DNA from: Sphyrna mokarran | Lineage: Eukaryota | Assembly: GCA_024679065.1 (NCBI GenBank) | Contig: JAGIQG010000002.1 | Span: 55,676,001 to 55,740,000, forward strand | DNA length: 64,000 bases | Direction of reading: 5' to 3' | In this document: one piece after another, positions 51,567-64,000 of the stretch | How the letters are laid out: each line of letters opens with the position of its first letter | Numbering within the stretch: the stretch's first letter is position 1 | The notes under the pieces: generated by a model | Told to the model about the DNA's origin: nothing | Databases searched by the model: none | The model's input: the letters and a program-made list of their open reading frames with translations, nothing else | Position numbers and translations under genes: made by a program

Positions 51567-52977
51567 AACTCTAGCGTCTCCCCTAGCTGGGAGTGATTCA
51601 TTCCAGCAGGGTTTACAACTGCTCCCCATTCACAGGGAACAGGCGGCCCGACCCTACTGGAGTGAAGAGAGACCATAAAGGCAACCCCAGGATGTTGGGG
51701 GTAGGACAGTGCCAAGGGAGTGAGCCTACTGGAAGGTGATTGGTAGGGGTACAGGAGTCCCACTACCACTCCGGATTAGGATCAGTGGCAGAGGAAGAGA
51801 GGACAGCATGGTGGGGATCATGGTGACAGCTGGCCATCCAGGTGGAGGACTGGGGAGATCGGGATGGGCAGGATAGCGGGGATTGCCTCCAGGGGTCCAG
51901 GAGGCCAGCAACTGGGGAATTTGAGAAGAGGGGGGTTTCGGAGGGGCAGCGAAGGGAAGTTGCAGAGATGACCAGCAATGGGGGGCCAGCAATGCAGTAT
52001 CACTGCGCCAATCTCTATGCTGAGAGGTCAGTGCATGCACAGTGGCCTGCTGTGCACAATGCTGCTGACCTCTCCATCAGGAAAAGTTCCTACCCTTTGA
52101 TTTTCATAGGGAATCACACTAGGGCACTATGATGTCATCTGGTTCACTAATGTCCTTTAGGGAAGGAAATCTGCCGTCCTTACTTGGTCTGTCCTACATG
52201 TGATTCCAGTCCCACAGCAATGTGGTTGACTCTTAAATGCTCTTTGAAATGGTCTAACAAGCCAGTCAATTTAAGGGTAATTAGGGATGTGCAATAAATA
52301 TTGGCCCAGTCCATGATGCCCACATCCTATGAACAAAATATTTATGTTGGGCAAACCAATTTCTGAACATATTCTCATGTCGCCCAATCACACTTGCCCT
52401 AGAAGTGTGGCAGCTGTATAATTGGAACCAGAAATTTTTCATGTCTGGCATCAGCCATGCTAAATTGACCGTAGTGTCAGGGGAATTAGCAGGGTAAATA
52501 TGTGGGATTATAGCAATAGGGCCTAGGTGGGATTGCACTCAATGCAGTCTCAATGGGACAAATGGCCTTCTTCTGCACCGTAGGGATTTTATGATTCGTT
52601 GTCTAAAACAGGAAATTATTCATTTTGAATATGCTATTGAGGGACAACAGCCAGTTTGAAAACTTCAGTGCCCAATTCAGCAAAAACAGACTGGATTATC
52701 TCAAGTTTCTGGGTTCTCCGTGGTCTATCAATTGATCTTTGCAGAGATTGCTGGAGGCCACCAAAGAATAGACAAGATTTTATTTCCTACCTAACTTAAC
52801 GTGGTGCCAGCAAGATTAAGGATGCTTTTCCTAATTTTACATCAATACTGTGTCTGATGATCAGTCATATTGAACACAAAGAAGATGGTTATTGAATATC
52901 AATCATCTCAGCCCCAATACGTCACTGCAGGAATTCCTTAAGAATGTTTTAAGCTGTTTCTGCATTATTGACGGAAG

Positions 52978-53178
52978 TAAAATACTGTAGATGATAGAAT
53001 CTGAAACAAAAACAGAGAAAGCTGTAAAACCTCAGCAGGTCTGACAGCATCTATGGGAGAGACTAGAGCTAATGTGAAGTCTGGACGACACTTCGTCATC
53101 CAGACTCCACATTGGCTCTATTTTCTCCCCACAGATACTGACAGACCTGCTGAGATTTTACAGCATTTTCTGTTTTTG
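52978..53178. mobile_element. PLE terminus, family B, fold-back
   Basis: Inverted arms 53007-53089 / 53095-53178 centred on cttcgtca (reverse complement of TGACGAAG). Confidence 0.7.
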
Positions 53179-54669
53179 CTTCATTAATGACCTTCCATTC
53201 ATCATAAGATCAAAGAGGGAATGTTATCTGATCAATTATCTAATTTGATGATTGTAGAATCTTTCTTTTCACAAACTGGCTGTCACATTGGTTGCCAAAA
53301 CAAAAATGCCCACAATTCAAAAAGCAATTCATTGGCAAACTCTTTCGCCTTTCCTTTTTGACCTGGGATGAAGACAAAAGTCTTCACCAAACCCAGATAA
53401 ATTAATTTAGCCCACTGTTCTTTCCTGAAGGAATTGGCTCCACGTTTAACATTATTCAATAGGACAAGCAGCTTGCCAACACCTCACACAGAACTATAGA
53501 ATCTCTACAGTGAAGAAGATGCCATTCAGCTTATCAAGTCTGCACTAGCTCTCTAACACAGTAGCTTATCCAGGCCTTCTCCCCAGCACTATTTCCCATG
53601 GCCAATCCATCTAGCCTGCACACCTTTGGAGTGCACCGCTAGGCATTCTTCAGAGAAGAGTCTAATTAGTGATTGTGACTGAAGTAAATCAAGTTATTCA
53701 CATACATGCACCTTTTAAAGAACTGCAACCTTTATAGCATTAATATGGAATGTTTTATGTTGCAGATGTGTTATGATATGAATGACATCTGTCTTTTGGA
53801 ATCATTAGCTCAGGAATTAACTATTCCTGGTTTATTAAAGGTTTGCAACTTGTTATTTTTATATCATGACAAAAATTAGCAGTGTTACTGAACGATTTTC
53901 AAAAATCTGTCCAGTTACTTGTTTTATTCATTTCCCATAACAGGTACTTAACTAAATAAGGTAGCTATATAAAATAAGCAACTTTCATAGATTTCTCCCT
54001 CTAATTTAAGACTATTTTAGAGTATCTTATTTACTTTTTGTGCAGCTCACATTATCTCGTGGTCATAAAATAATCCAAATTAGTTTTAAACAGTCTGTCT
54101 AAGGCAATTTTTGACAACATCCAATTACTGTCACAAATTGGTATGGGGAAATATCCATCATAAATCACTCCCACCTGTGTGATGCGGCTTTATGTTATTT
54201 TAGTTTTTCTTTTTTCTCTTTGCCGCAGCCTTGCTGCAAGACTTCTAGAACCTAGAAGCTGCAGATGTGATTTTTAGTTCCTTATATCCTTTAGAACTGT
54301 ATAAATATGTACTTTCACAGATATTATTAGTGAACACCAAAAGGGCAATTACTAATAAGAAATCTGCATGGTTGTAGTTGACTCCCAAAATGTCTCTGTC
54401 TAGGAGCCTTTTTCACCATTGGGTGATTCCACACTTTGAATCCCAATTGGTTACACAGGTTAAAGGTTAAAGAGGCAATCACCACAAATTCATACAATCC
54501 TACAGCACTAACTTTAGTTCGCTCTAGATGAATGGCATTCTCAACATAAATAAACATGAAGTAAATTTGCAGAACACCACATGGTTATGAATAATTACAG
54601 CAGTAAAGTCTTGATATTTTTAAAAGAACCTCTCTTGACATTGAATGTTAAACTCTCTACCACCATAAT

Positions 54670-54846
54670 ATAAGAAGTCTCACAACACCAGATTAAAGTT
54701 CAACTGGTTTATTTGGCAGCACAAGCTTTTAGAGTATCACTCCTTCTTCAGGCTTTTTTTTTAACCTGTTGGACTTTAACCTGATGTTGTGAGACTTCTT
54801 ACTGTGCTTACCCAAGTCTAATGCCAGCATCTCGACATCATTATGG
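54670..54846. mobile_element. Family A-related PLE terminus, fold-back
   Basis: Inverted aagaagtctcacaacaccag / ctgatgttgtgagacttctt; decayed hammerhead CUGAAGA-A-GGAG...CUCU-AAAAGCUU on the - strand. Confidence 0.7.
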
Positions 54847-56204
54847 CTACCATAATCTAACACATACCAGGCTGAATTTGCAATTCTGTCTGTCTCAGAA
54901 CTACCATTGTTTCCAAGTACACATCATTAATTCTATATAAATTGGATTTTAATTGTATTCAGGCATTGGGTATTAATTGCGGCCTTAACTGCATTCATTC
55001 ACATATGAAAGATGTTTGGTGAAATTCTAACAATGATAAAAGGTCACATCTGAAACTTTAACTCTGTTTCTCTCTTCACAATTGCTGTCAATGCTGTTGA
55101 ATATTTGTAGCATTTTCCTGTATGCCTAACAGAGTACTCTTTGCTTGTCTCTGTACATTTTTGGGTGTGTCCCAATTCAGGTGCCAGCCATGCAAATAAA
55201 CCCATATTGCATCAAGAGACTGACGTTAAAACTTTGTTGCAGTGTTGACGACTATTTTCAGATAATAAGTACGGGTCTATCTCAGCCACATTAGAAGTTC
55301 CCTTCAAAATCTGTAAATGGAAACAGAAAGGACTACACACTTACTGTAGACTGCACACAGGCACCCAAACATTTAGGCTGAGAATTAGATATGATTTGTG
55401 TGCGCACGTGCGAGCAGTGGGTATGATGTTCAATATGAGATTCAATACTGAGGAGCATCACATTTAAAATGGCATGAGGACATTTGCAAAAAAGGACATA
55501 TAATTGGCAAATGAATTTCAAAATTGGCAGGTGATAGGAAAATAAGGAGTTTTCATATTATTTAGAAAATAAGAATCTAAATACAAATACACTAATCACT
55601 AAATTACAGTCATGTGTTAATAAGGCCATAAAGGCTGCAAACTAAGCACAAGTGTTTCCGTCGTAAAGAATAATGTTGAAAAGTAGAGAAGTTATGCTAA
55701 AATTGCATTGAATCTTGGTCAGACCACACTTGAAGTATCATGAACATTTGTGGTTGCTATACTATACAAAAATTGTAGAGACATGAAAGAAGGTACAGAA
55801 AAGATTTGCAAGCATGATACCAGAACTGAGATCTCTTTTTTTTGACCTTTTGGATGTTTAAAATTATAAAATATTGATAGGAAAACAAAGTGAGATTGCT
55901 TTTTTCTACTTTGCAGAAGAGTAAAACTAGAGGCCATCATAGAATGTAGAGCAGTTCAGCCCACAATGTTGTGTCAAACATAATGCCAAATCTCTCTATT
56001 CCTTACATATTTATGTGCTTATCTAAAAGCCCCTTAAACACTTCTTTTGGATTTGCCTGCTCGATCATTCCTGGCAGGGTGCTCCAGACACATACCACTT
56101 TCTGCATAAAAAAACTTGTCCTCACATCTCCTTTGAACATTTCCCCCTTTCACCTTAAACGTATGCCCTCCAGCATAAAGGAGAATATGCTCTTGTCTAC
56201 ATTA

Positions 56205-56860
56205 ATAAGGCTGAAGTAGAAAGGGTCAAGAGCTTCAAGTTTTTAGATGTCCAGATCACCAACAACCCGTCCTGATCCTCCCATGCCGACATTACAGTTA
56301 AGAAAGCCCAAGAACGCCTCTACTTTCTTAGAAGACGAAGGAAATTTGGCATATCAGCTACAACTCTCACCAACTTTTACAGATGCTCTGAAGAAAGCAT
56401 TCTTTCTGGTTGTATCAAAGCTTGGTATGGCTCCTGCTCTACCAAGACTGCAAGAAACTACAAAAGGTCCTTTTGTGAATGTAATCCAATCCATCACGCA
56501 AACCAGTCTCCCATCCATTGACTTTGTCTACACACTGCCTCAGCAAAGCAGCCAGCATAAGGACCCCACATATCCTGGGCATTCTCTCCTCCACTTTCTT
56601 CCTTCAGGAAAAAGGTACAAAAGTTTAAAGTCACATACCAACAGACTCAAAAACACCTTCTTCTCTGCTGCTGTCAGACTTTTGAATGGATTTACCTTGT
56701 ATTAAGTTGATCTTTTTCTACATCCTTGCTGTAACTGTAATAGTACATTTTGCACTCTCTTGTTTCCTTCTCCATGAATGCTACGTTTTGTCTGTACAGT
56801 GTGCAAGAAACAATACTTTATCTCACGTATTAACATACAGTGAAATGATAAATCAAATTT
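56205..56860 (+). mobile_element. Rex1/Babar LINE 3' fragment, nested in a (-) CR1 tail (~55940-57050) that itself sits in an older (+) CR1 (~55430-57275)
   Basis: DPTYPGHSLLHFLPSGKRYKSLKSHTNRLKNTFF; flanking CR1 sequence resumes on both sides. Confidence 0.8.
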
Positions 56861-58496
56861 TAAAAAGTATTAGACATTATTTCAACTCTAGTAAAAAGAT
56901 TTTGTCTGTCAACTCTATTTATGCCTCTCATAATGTTAGCGATTTCTATCAGTTTCTGCCACTCTAGTTTATCCAGCCTCTCCTAAGAGCACATACCCTT
57001 TAATCTGGGCAGCACCTAGTAAACCTATTCTGTACCTTCCCCAAAGAATCGAATAGTGGCCCAGGAGAAATCTTTTTTCCCAAAAGAGCATCACTGGTAG
57101 TATTAGGACAAGCAGTATAAATGCATTTAAGAGGCAATTATATAAACTTTTGAGGGAAAAGAAAATAGAAGGTTGTTTTAATTTGTTGGATGAAGACTGG
57201 GAAGAATGTAATTGTTAACATGCACTGGTTGGGCCAAATGGCCTGTTTCTGTGCAGTCTCTAAGTTAATTCTCTAAATAATTTAAACTCACTTGACTCCA
57301 GCTTCTAATTAAAGTTCTTGATGACCTAATATATTTTATTACCAATTACAAAGATTGTGTTTTAGATTTTTTAATAACGTCACAGTAGCAAGTCAGCTAT
57401 TGTAGGCTCATATATAATATCATATATAATACATTTTAGGTCAATCTGAAATCAGGACTACTTCAAATTCAAAAATATATAACATAGTGATTTCTTACAC
57501 CTTGGATCATGTATACAGCTTTCCTGCCTCTCTCATAGTGACATGACAACTCCTGTTCATCGTTAACTACATTTCTATAGCAAACTTAACATATTAAAAT
57601 GCCCCAAGGCTGAAGTTTGACATCAAGCCTCATAAGGAGATATTCGGGCAGAAGACTAAAAGCTTGGTCAAATAAGTTGCTGTTCAGGAACATCTTATAG
57701 GAGAAGAAAGAAGTAGTGAGGCAGTGTGTGTGTGTGTGTGGAGGGGAGGGGAGGGGGAGGGTGTTGGGGTGACAACACCAGAGCTTAGGGCCCTCTTAGC
57801 TTAAGACATGATGGAGAGGCTAACCCCTTGAAAAAATCCTGATAGCCCACTGAATTAGGCCTAAAACAGGATTTCCACTCAGTGGCAAACCTGTCAATGT
57901 TCTTGGCTCATTCCATCAGCTCTAATCAGGTTCCAGCCCACAGCAGGAGAGGTCCCAATGAAAATGTAAAACTCATAATAATCATGTAATTAGATGGCTG
58001 GAAGCCTGATTCAATGCCTTCCTATGATGCATCCCGCTCCTCCAGCGGGAAGCCTACCCAGCATACTTCGGTGCAAGTTCTGACAAATGTGGGCCTGCAT
58101 CAGTTCTGACAAAGGATCATCTAGACTCAAAACGCTGACTCTATTCTCTGTCCACAGATACTGTCAGAGCTGCTAAGATTTTCCAGCAATTTCAGAAGCC
58201 AGCAGTATTTTGCTTTTATACTTCTGGTTTTCCTGTTGGCTGGAGCACTTAATAATGCAAAGGGATTAAATGCGCATGTTGATTGCTGCATCTAATTTCT
58301 GGTCTTGAACAATAGTCTGCCTGTTCCCCACTACCTTCTTTCTTTCCCTCAACAGAAGTGGGCTTGCCTCGGGTTTAACACATTTGCTTGATCCGTTCCC
58401 TTTGAGGGGATTTTCACTGTGACTTCATTGCAGTGTTGAAGGAAGCATACCTGTGACACTGATAAATAAATTTAAAACTTAATCAGCTTTGAGGTA

Positions 58497-58672
58497 TGAC
58501 AGAGAGAGGGAGAGAGACACAGAAAGAAGGAGGGAGTGAGAGAGGGATAGAGGGAGGGAGGGACACTGAGGAGGAACTGAGGGAGAGGAAGGCACAGAGG
58601 AATTGAAAGGGGGATAGAGAGAGAGGAGGTAAGAGATTGAGGAAGATTGAGGAATTGAGGGAGACAGATGGA
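58497..58672 (+). repeat. Purine-rich (GA) low-complexity tract
   Basis: gagagaggg / gaggaattga-type imperfect repeats; explains the overlapping S/L/P-rich spurious ORFs. Confidence 0.85.
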
Positions 58673-59944
58673 GACTCCCCCCACCCCTCACACATTCCGG
58701 CTTCATATCGGCATTGGTCAAGCAAGCAGTGAGGTCACTCATGCTGTGGTCCCACCCTTTATTCACAAACTCTGATGCAACACAATACCAGAGCCCTCCC
58801 TTTAGGCTTCCTCAATGTGCTTTATATTCAATAAAGTCAAACTGAAATTGAGTCACTGTTGGTATTTGGGATACGCTGCAGTCCATTTGTGCAAAACTCA
58901 CTGAGAGCAGTTTTATAGAAATCTGCTACTAATGGGTTAACAGTTTGTTAACACACTAACTTCTCACTCACAATCTTTCAGTCATTATCGTGCTTTGGTC
59001 ATCAACACTGTTACAACTACTGTTGACTCAAAGTGAACCAGTAATGAATCAAAAGCAAGGTTAATGATGAGAAACCTCCCAACTAGAAAATGCAAGTTAG
59101 GAAAACTGCCAATGGATTACATAAGCAGTCAGGAAAAGTGGCACGGGCTGGGGAAAAGGAAGTGGTGAATCAGCATCACACAAAACACTTTTATTACTCG
59201 TATTTCTAATGTTCAACTAACATTTTAAATAAAATAAAACATTTATTTTTTCAGAGTCAATTTACCCAGTGACTACAGGAAGAGTAATTCGCTTTGTCCT
59301 TTGAAGTTTTAGTTCAGTCAGATAGCACGGTCAGTGCAGGGCCGAAGGGCCTGTTCCTGTGCTGTAATTTTCTTTGCTCTTTTCTCTTTGTCCTCAGTAC
59401 AAAAGGAGTGCCCCAAAGCACAAAAGGAGCTGTGTTTGGTCAGCAGAGGAATGTGGATACAATGATGGGTGCTGCCTAAATGCCAGAACAAAAGTTGAAT
59501 TATACTCTCCTGTGTCCACCACCCTCACAAAGATTGTTAGATTGTGATTGCACCGTCCTACCCCCAGTTCTGTCGGATCCCAGCCATCTCCTAATAAATA
59601 CTATTAGACACTTCGTCACCCAGTGCTCCGAGAAACCCCTCCTCAGTCTTCCTAATCTTCTGAACTTTGGCTCCTTTACCCACTTATGCCTGAACCTCTT
59701 ATTAGAGTTCAGAAATGCCTAGGCCACTCTCCCAGTATTCCTAGATATCAATACTGCTAGCTCAGCTTCCAGATCCCATGATCTCCATTCATAATTCTCC
59801 CAAAATCTAACACTCATTCCTCTGATGCCGCAACATGCCACAGCATGTGAATGATTCATCTTTGTAGTACTCTTGAATTCAGCAAATTCATCCCAGTGCT
59901 CCGTATTCTTGGATCACAAAACCCAGAGAACCTTTCCCAGCATA

Positions 59945-60250
59945 GGGCGGCACAGTGGTTAGCAATGCTGTCTCACAATATAGGAGAGCAGGGTTTGATT
60001 CCTGTCGGTGTGGAGTTTGCACATTCTCCTCATGTCTGTGGTGGTTGCCTCTGGGTGCTCTGGTTTCTTCCCACAATCCAAAGATGTGCGGGTTAGGTAG
60101 ATAGGCTATGCTAAATTGCCCCTTAGTGTCAGGAGGACTAGTTAGGTAAATACATGGGATTATGAGGGTAGGGCCTGAGTGGGATTGTGGTCAATGCAGA
60201 CTCAATGGATCGAATGGCTTTCTTCTGCATTGTAGAATTCTATGATTCAA
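59945..60250 (+). mobile_element. HE1-like V-SINE
   Basis: gggcggcacagtggttagc head, V-domain, CR1-type tail. Confidence 0.85.
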
Positions 60251-60306
60251 TGAAGTGATTCCTTTCCATTGCAGTTTATTTTCATTAAGAAACTAATCAC
60301 AATTTT

Positions 60307-60485
60307 TGACATGAAAATAGAAAACGCTGGAGAGAGAATACAGCTAACATTTCGAGTCAGAATGATCCTTTGTCACTGACTTGAAACGTTGGCTCGATTC
60401 TCTCTCCACAGATGCGGTTAGACCTGCTGAAATTTTCCAGCATTTTCTGTTTTTGTTTCAGATTCCAGCATCCAGTATTTTGCTT
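60307..60485 (+). mobile_element. PLE terminus, family B, fold-back
   Basis: 13-bp TSD taatcacaatttt (60294-60306, 60486-60498); inversion junction inside the hammerhead remnant. Confidence 0.7.
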
Positions 60486-60939
60486 TAATCACAATTTTGG
60501 GTTTTGAGATTAGTTAGAATTATGTCGCTGACATATTGTGCTAACAACAATTTAAATTTCTACACCATTCACTTTAGAAGCAGACAAAACCAGTAAACTC
60601 GGATGGAGAGGTAGTGAGAAATTGGCATGAAAGTAGGGACAAAGGTAGTGATTTACAATTATTTGCAGCAGCTTGTTATCGAAGTCACATGGCATGAATA
60701 CACATCACTACTTTGAGGTCACAAGCAAACTATTCATCATAAAATGATAGTTAAGTCGCTATTTAGTTCATTACTGTACTGATATATCTGGCCTCAGGCT
60801 GTATCCCAAGTAAAAACAACCTTTTTTTCAAATGTGATCCTTATTGTTTTAATTATGATTTTATGGTCCAGGTTGACAGCACTATAGAGCTCAGCCAGCT
60901 ACTCTTAAAGGCGGTGTCTTCACAAAAAAGATGTTCAAT

Positions 60940-61965
60940 TAGAACATAAGAAATAGGAGCAAGAGTAGGCCATCTAGCCCCTCGAGCCTGCCCCGCCATT
61001 CAATAAGATCATGGCTGATCTGAAGTGGATCAGTTTCACTTTCCCGCTTTCTCCCCATAAGACTTAATTCCCTTGTCCACCAGGAACCTATCTACCCGTG
61101 ACTTAAATATATTCAGTGAGGTAGCCTCCACCACTTCAACAGGCAGAGAATTCCAGAGACTCACCACCCTTTGAGTGAAGAAGTTCCTCCTCAACTTCCG
61201 ATCTAAACTGCAGCCCCCGCCCCCTTATTTTGAGGCTGTGCCCTCTAGTCCTGCTATCCTTTCTAAGCAGGAAGAGTCTCTCTACCTCTACCCTATCCAT
61301 CCCCTTCATTATCTTATATGTCTCTACAAGATCCCCCCTTAGCCTTCTAAATTCCAACAAGTACAAACCTAGAATATTCAATCTCTCCTCAAAGTCTAAC
61401 GCCCTCATCTCTGGTAACAGCCTAGTGAACCTTCTCTGCACTCCCTCCAAAGCCAATATATCCTTCCGCAAATGTGGCGACCAAAACTGCACACAGTACT
61501 CCAGCTGCAGCCTCACCAGTGCCCTGTACAGTTGCAACAAGACCTCCCTACTTACATATTCTATCCCTCTCGCTATAAAGGCTAACATTCCATTCGCCTT
61601 CTTGATCAGCTGCTGCACCTGAAGACTGGGTTTTTGCGATTCATGCACAAGAACCATCCCCCCCCCGCTCCCAGGTTCCTCTGCACTGTAGCATGCTGCA
61701 GCTGTTCGCCTTTTAAATAATAGTCCCTCCTACTATTATCTCTACCAAAGTGGATAACCTCACCCTTACTAATATTATACTCCAAGTGCCAGGTCCTCAC
61801 ACTCACTCAGTCTATCCAGATCTCTCTGCAGACTTTCCACACCTTCCATGCAATTTGCTTTTCCACTCATCTTCGTGTCATCAGCAAATTTTGTTACCCT
61901 ACACTCAGCCCCATCCTCCAGATCATCTATGTATATGGTAAACAGTTGAGGCCCCACCACCAAAT
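60940..61965 (-). mobile_element. CR1 LINE 3' fragment
   Basis: ORFs 61136-61657 and 61775-62014: [29 protein letters not shown]. Confidence 0.92.
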
Positions 61966-62004
61966 CATTCTTCATTTGATTACTAACATGGTGGCACAGT
62001 AGCA

Positions 62005-62310
62005 GTGGCAGCACAGTGGCACAATGATTAGCACTACTACCTCAGTGTCAGGGAACGCAGGTTCAATTCGCAGTTTGGATCACTGTCTGTACAAGTTTGC
62101 ATGTTCTCTTTGTGACTGCATGGGTTTCCTCCAGGTGTTCCAGTCTCCATCCACAGCCCACAAGGCTTGCTGGTTAGGTGCACTGGCTATGTTAAATTTC
62201 CCTCAGAGTATCCAAACAGGTGCTGGAGTGTGATGACAGGGGGATTTTCACCACAACTTCAGTGAAGTGTTAATGTAAGCTTACTTGTGACATTAATGAA
62301 TAAATAAATA
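62005..62310 (+). mobile_element. V-SINE with an alternative 3' tail; second copy ~63542-63822; tail-only pieces at ~58405-58475 and ~22235-22350(-)
   Basis: Same head and V-domain, but tail ggggattttcac..acttcattgcagtgttaatgtaagcctacttgtgac..(taaa)n. Confidence 0.8.
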
Positions 62311-63930
62311 TGTGACATACATAAATAAATAAATAATTCATGTGAAGAAACTGGGTGAAACATGCCAAGATGTCATCACATTGCTGACTTAAGAGTGATA
62401 AAAATAAAGGTGTCTCTTTTACTTTCTTTCTTCTACTGGCAAAAATATTTGCATGTTTTGATGAAATAGAACCTGGTGATTTTTCAGCTGGGAAGACAAC
62501 AGGTCTGGAGATGGTACATGCGCGCACGCACACACACACACAAACACACACACACTTACACAAAATGCTGGCAGGATTCCATGTGAAAAGAAAAGCTGCC
62601 CACAATCTTTTTTGCTCATTAATGATTTAAAGATGATGCAATAAGTTTATTAATTCAAACAAAAAACAAGCAATGTTATGTTTATTTTACAGCTAATCAG
62701 AAGCTACTTTCTTCAAGTAGACTTACGATCAGCACAAAATTGCTGATTTCCACTAAAGGAGGTGTAAAGAACTGTAAATTTGAGATACTGTAATGCAAAA
62801 GACATCATCAGTGCCAAATGTGTAGTAGTTACGGCATCAGCTAAGTTATCTAGCCAAACCTTTTCTCATGAAACTAAATCTAAATCTATAGGTTTTCAAA
62901 GAATAAAAAGTCTGGGGCAATCTGGACTGTAAACCCTCAAGTCTCAACAGCAATAATTTCTGTAGGTCATAATTAGCCCGATAAATTACAACTATGCTGT
63001 TGATTGAATGCAAATGACCACCAATATAGTCCAAATGAGGTTCAATTTATCATACATTAAGAAAATACTTGACTGGGTAGATTAGAAAATTGAAAACTTG
63101 AAAATAGAACATGTGCCATTTGTCTTCCTGTGGCTTTCCTTCTGCAGAATTACACAGCTGGAGCAGTCATTCCCAAAAACAATGTGGCACAGTTCACAAA
63201 TTTTTAATTACTGTTTCAGTTTCAGAATTATGTAACTATCCTTTCTAACTGCCCCTTAGTAATGTTCAGAAAAAGTGATAAACTTTGAGGAATATGACAT
63301 TTTGATAAACATTTGCTTCCTGTTGGAACTTTTTGCACGAATGCCACTGCTTCCCTTAAAATGCTGCTAAAAAGCACTGTTAATCCACTCACCTATTGCT
63401 CAAAATCCACAATTGGAAGTAGCGTTTTACTTAAAGGCCATGTCTAGCACACTTTATCTTTTTGTGCTATGGATTATTGAGAAGTCTAAAAGTCTTCATA
63501 TTGATTCCCAATATCAGTTATATTGTACCATGCCAACTACAGGGCAGCACAGTGGCTAGTACTGCTGCCTCAGAGCACCAGGGATCTGAGTTCAATTCCT
63601 AGATTAGGTCACTATCTATGCGGTGTCTGCACGTATTCCCCATGTCTACATGGGTTCCCTCCCACAATCCAAAAGATGCGCTAGTTTAGTGCAATGGCCA
63701 TGCTAAATTCTCCTTCAGTACGCAAACAAGCACTGGAGTATGGCAACTAGGGGATTTTCACAGTGACTTCATTGCAGAGTTAAAGTAAGCCTACGTATGA
63801 CGCTAATAAATAATAAACTTAAACTATTAACATTATTGACAAATTAATTTACGTTCTTCGTGTACAAGTGTTTTAAAGTAAAATTGAATTCAGTCATAGC
63901 ATGCCTCAAGGAGGGAGGGAGATGGTATAT

Positions 63931-64000
63931 CAAAGAACAAAGAACAAAGAACAAAACAGCATGGGAAACAGGCCCTTCGGCCCAACAAGCCCACGCCGCC
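63931..64000 (-). mobile_element. Tail of the same chimeric family, running off the window; a further short related copy at ~40515-40585 (-)
   Basis: (caaagaa)n-aacagcatgggaaacaggcccttcggcccaac is the reverse complement of 43214-43277. Confidence 0.85.

Noticed and set aside
57499-57574. Possible minus-strand exon upstream of COA1 (ctatag| ... |gtaaga)
   Set aside because: The acceptor lies in a decayed SINE/LINE tail and the translation resembles nothing I recognise
58472-58766. Three overlapping ORFs
   Set aside because: Products of a GA-rich low-complexity tract
62726-62852. Minus-strand open frame ending in a perfect gtaagt donor
   Set aside because: Acceptor is ambiguous and there is no recognisable homology; at most a UTR exon, needs RNA data
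1-64000. CRISPR arrays, operons or other prokaryotic systems
   Set aside because: Spliceosomal-intron vertebrate DNA; no regularly spaced repeat-spacer array seen

Overview
Vertebrate genomic DNA, most likely a shark or other elasmobranch, judged from the HE1/V-SINE, Deu-SINE, CR1 and Penelope-like repeats. The window holds two convergent genes. STK17A/DRAK1 is on the + strand (last five coding exons, 7116-31899, plus a ~1.9 kb 3' UTR). COA1 is on the - strand (complete 137-aa CDS in four exons, 43699-50350). This matches the tail-to-tail order known in human. The rest is dense, often nested transposon debris. Most notable: (1) Penelope-like element (PLE) 3' ends carrying minimal type-I hammerhead ribozymes, one apparently intact (25002-25041), inserted repeatedly as fold-back inverted repeats whose breakpoints fall at the ribozyme core; (2) a CR1 LINE whose 3' UTR has captured a whole V-SINE and has spread as one unit; (3) a decayed R2-like retrotransposon lying outside rDNA. 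All calls are by eye. Exon boundaries are exact; repeat boundaries are approximate and repeat family names are recalled, not database-verified.
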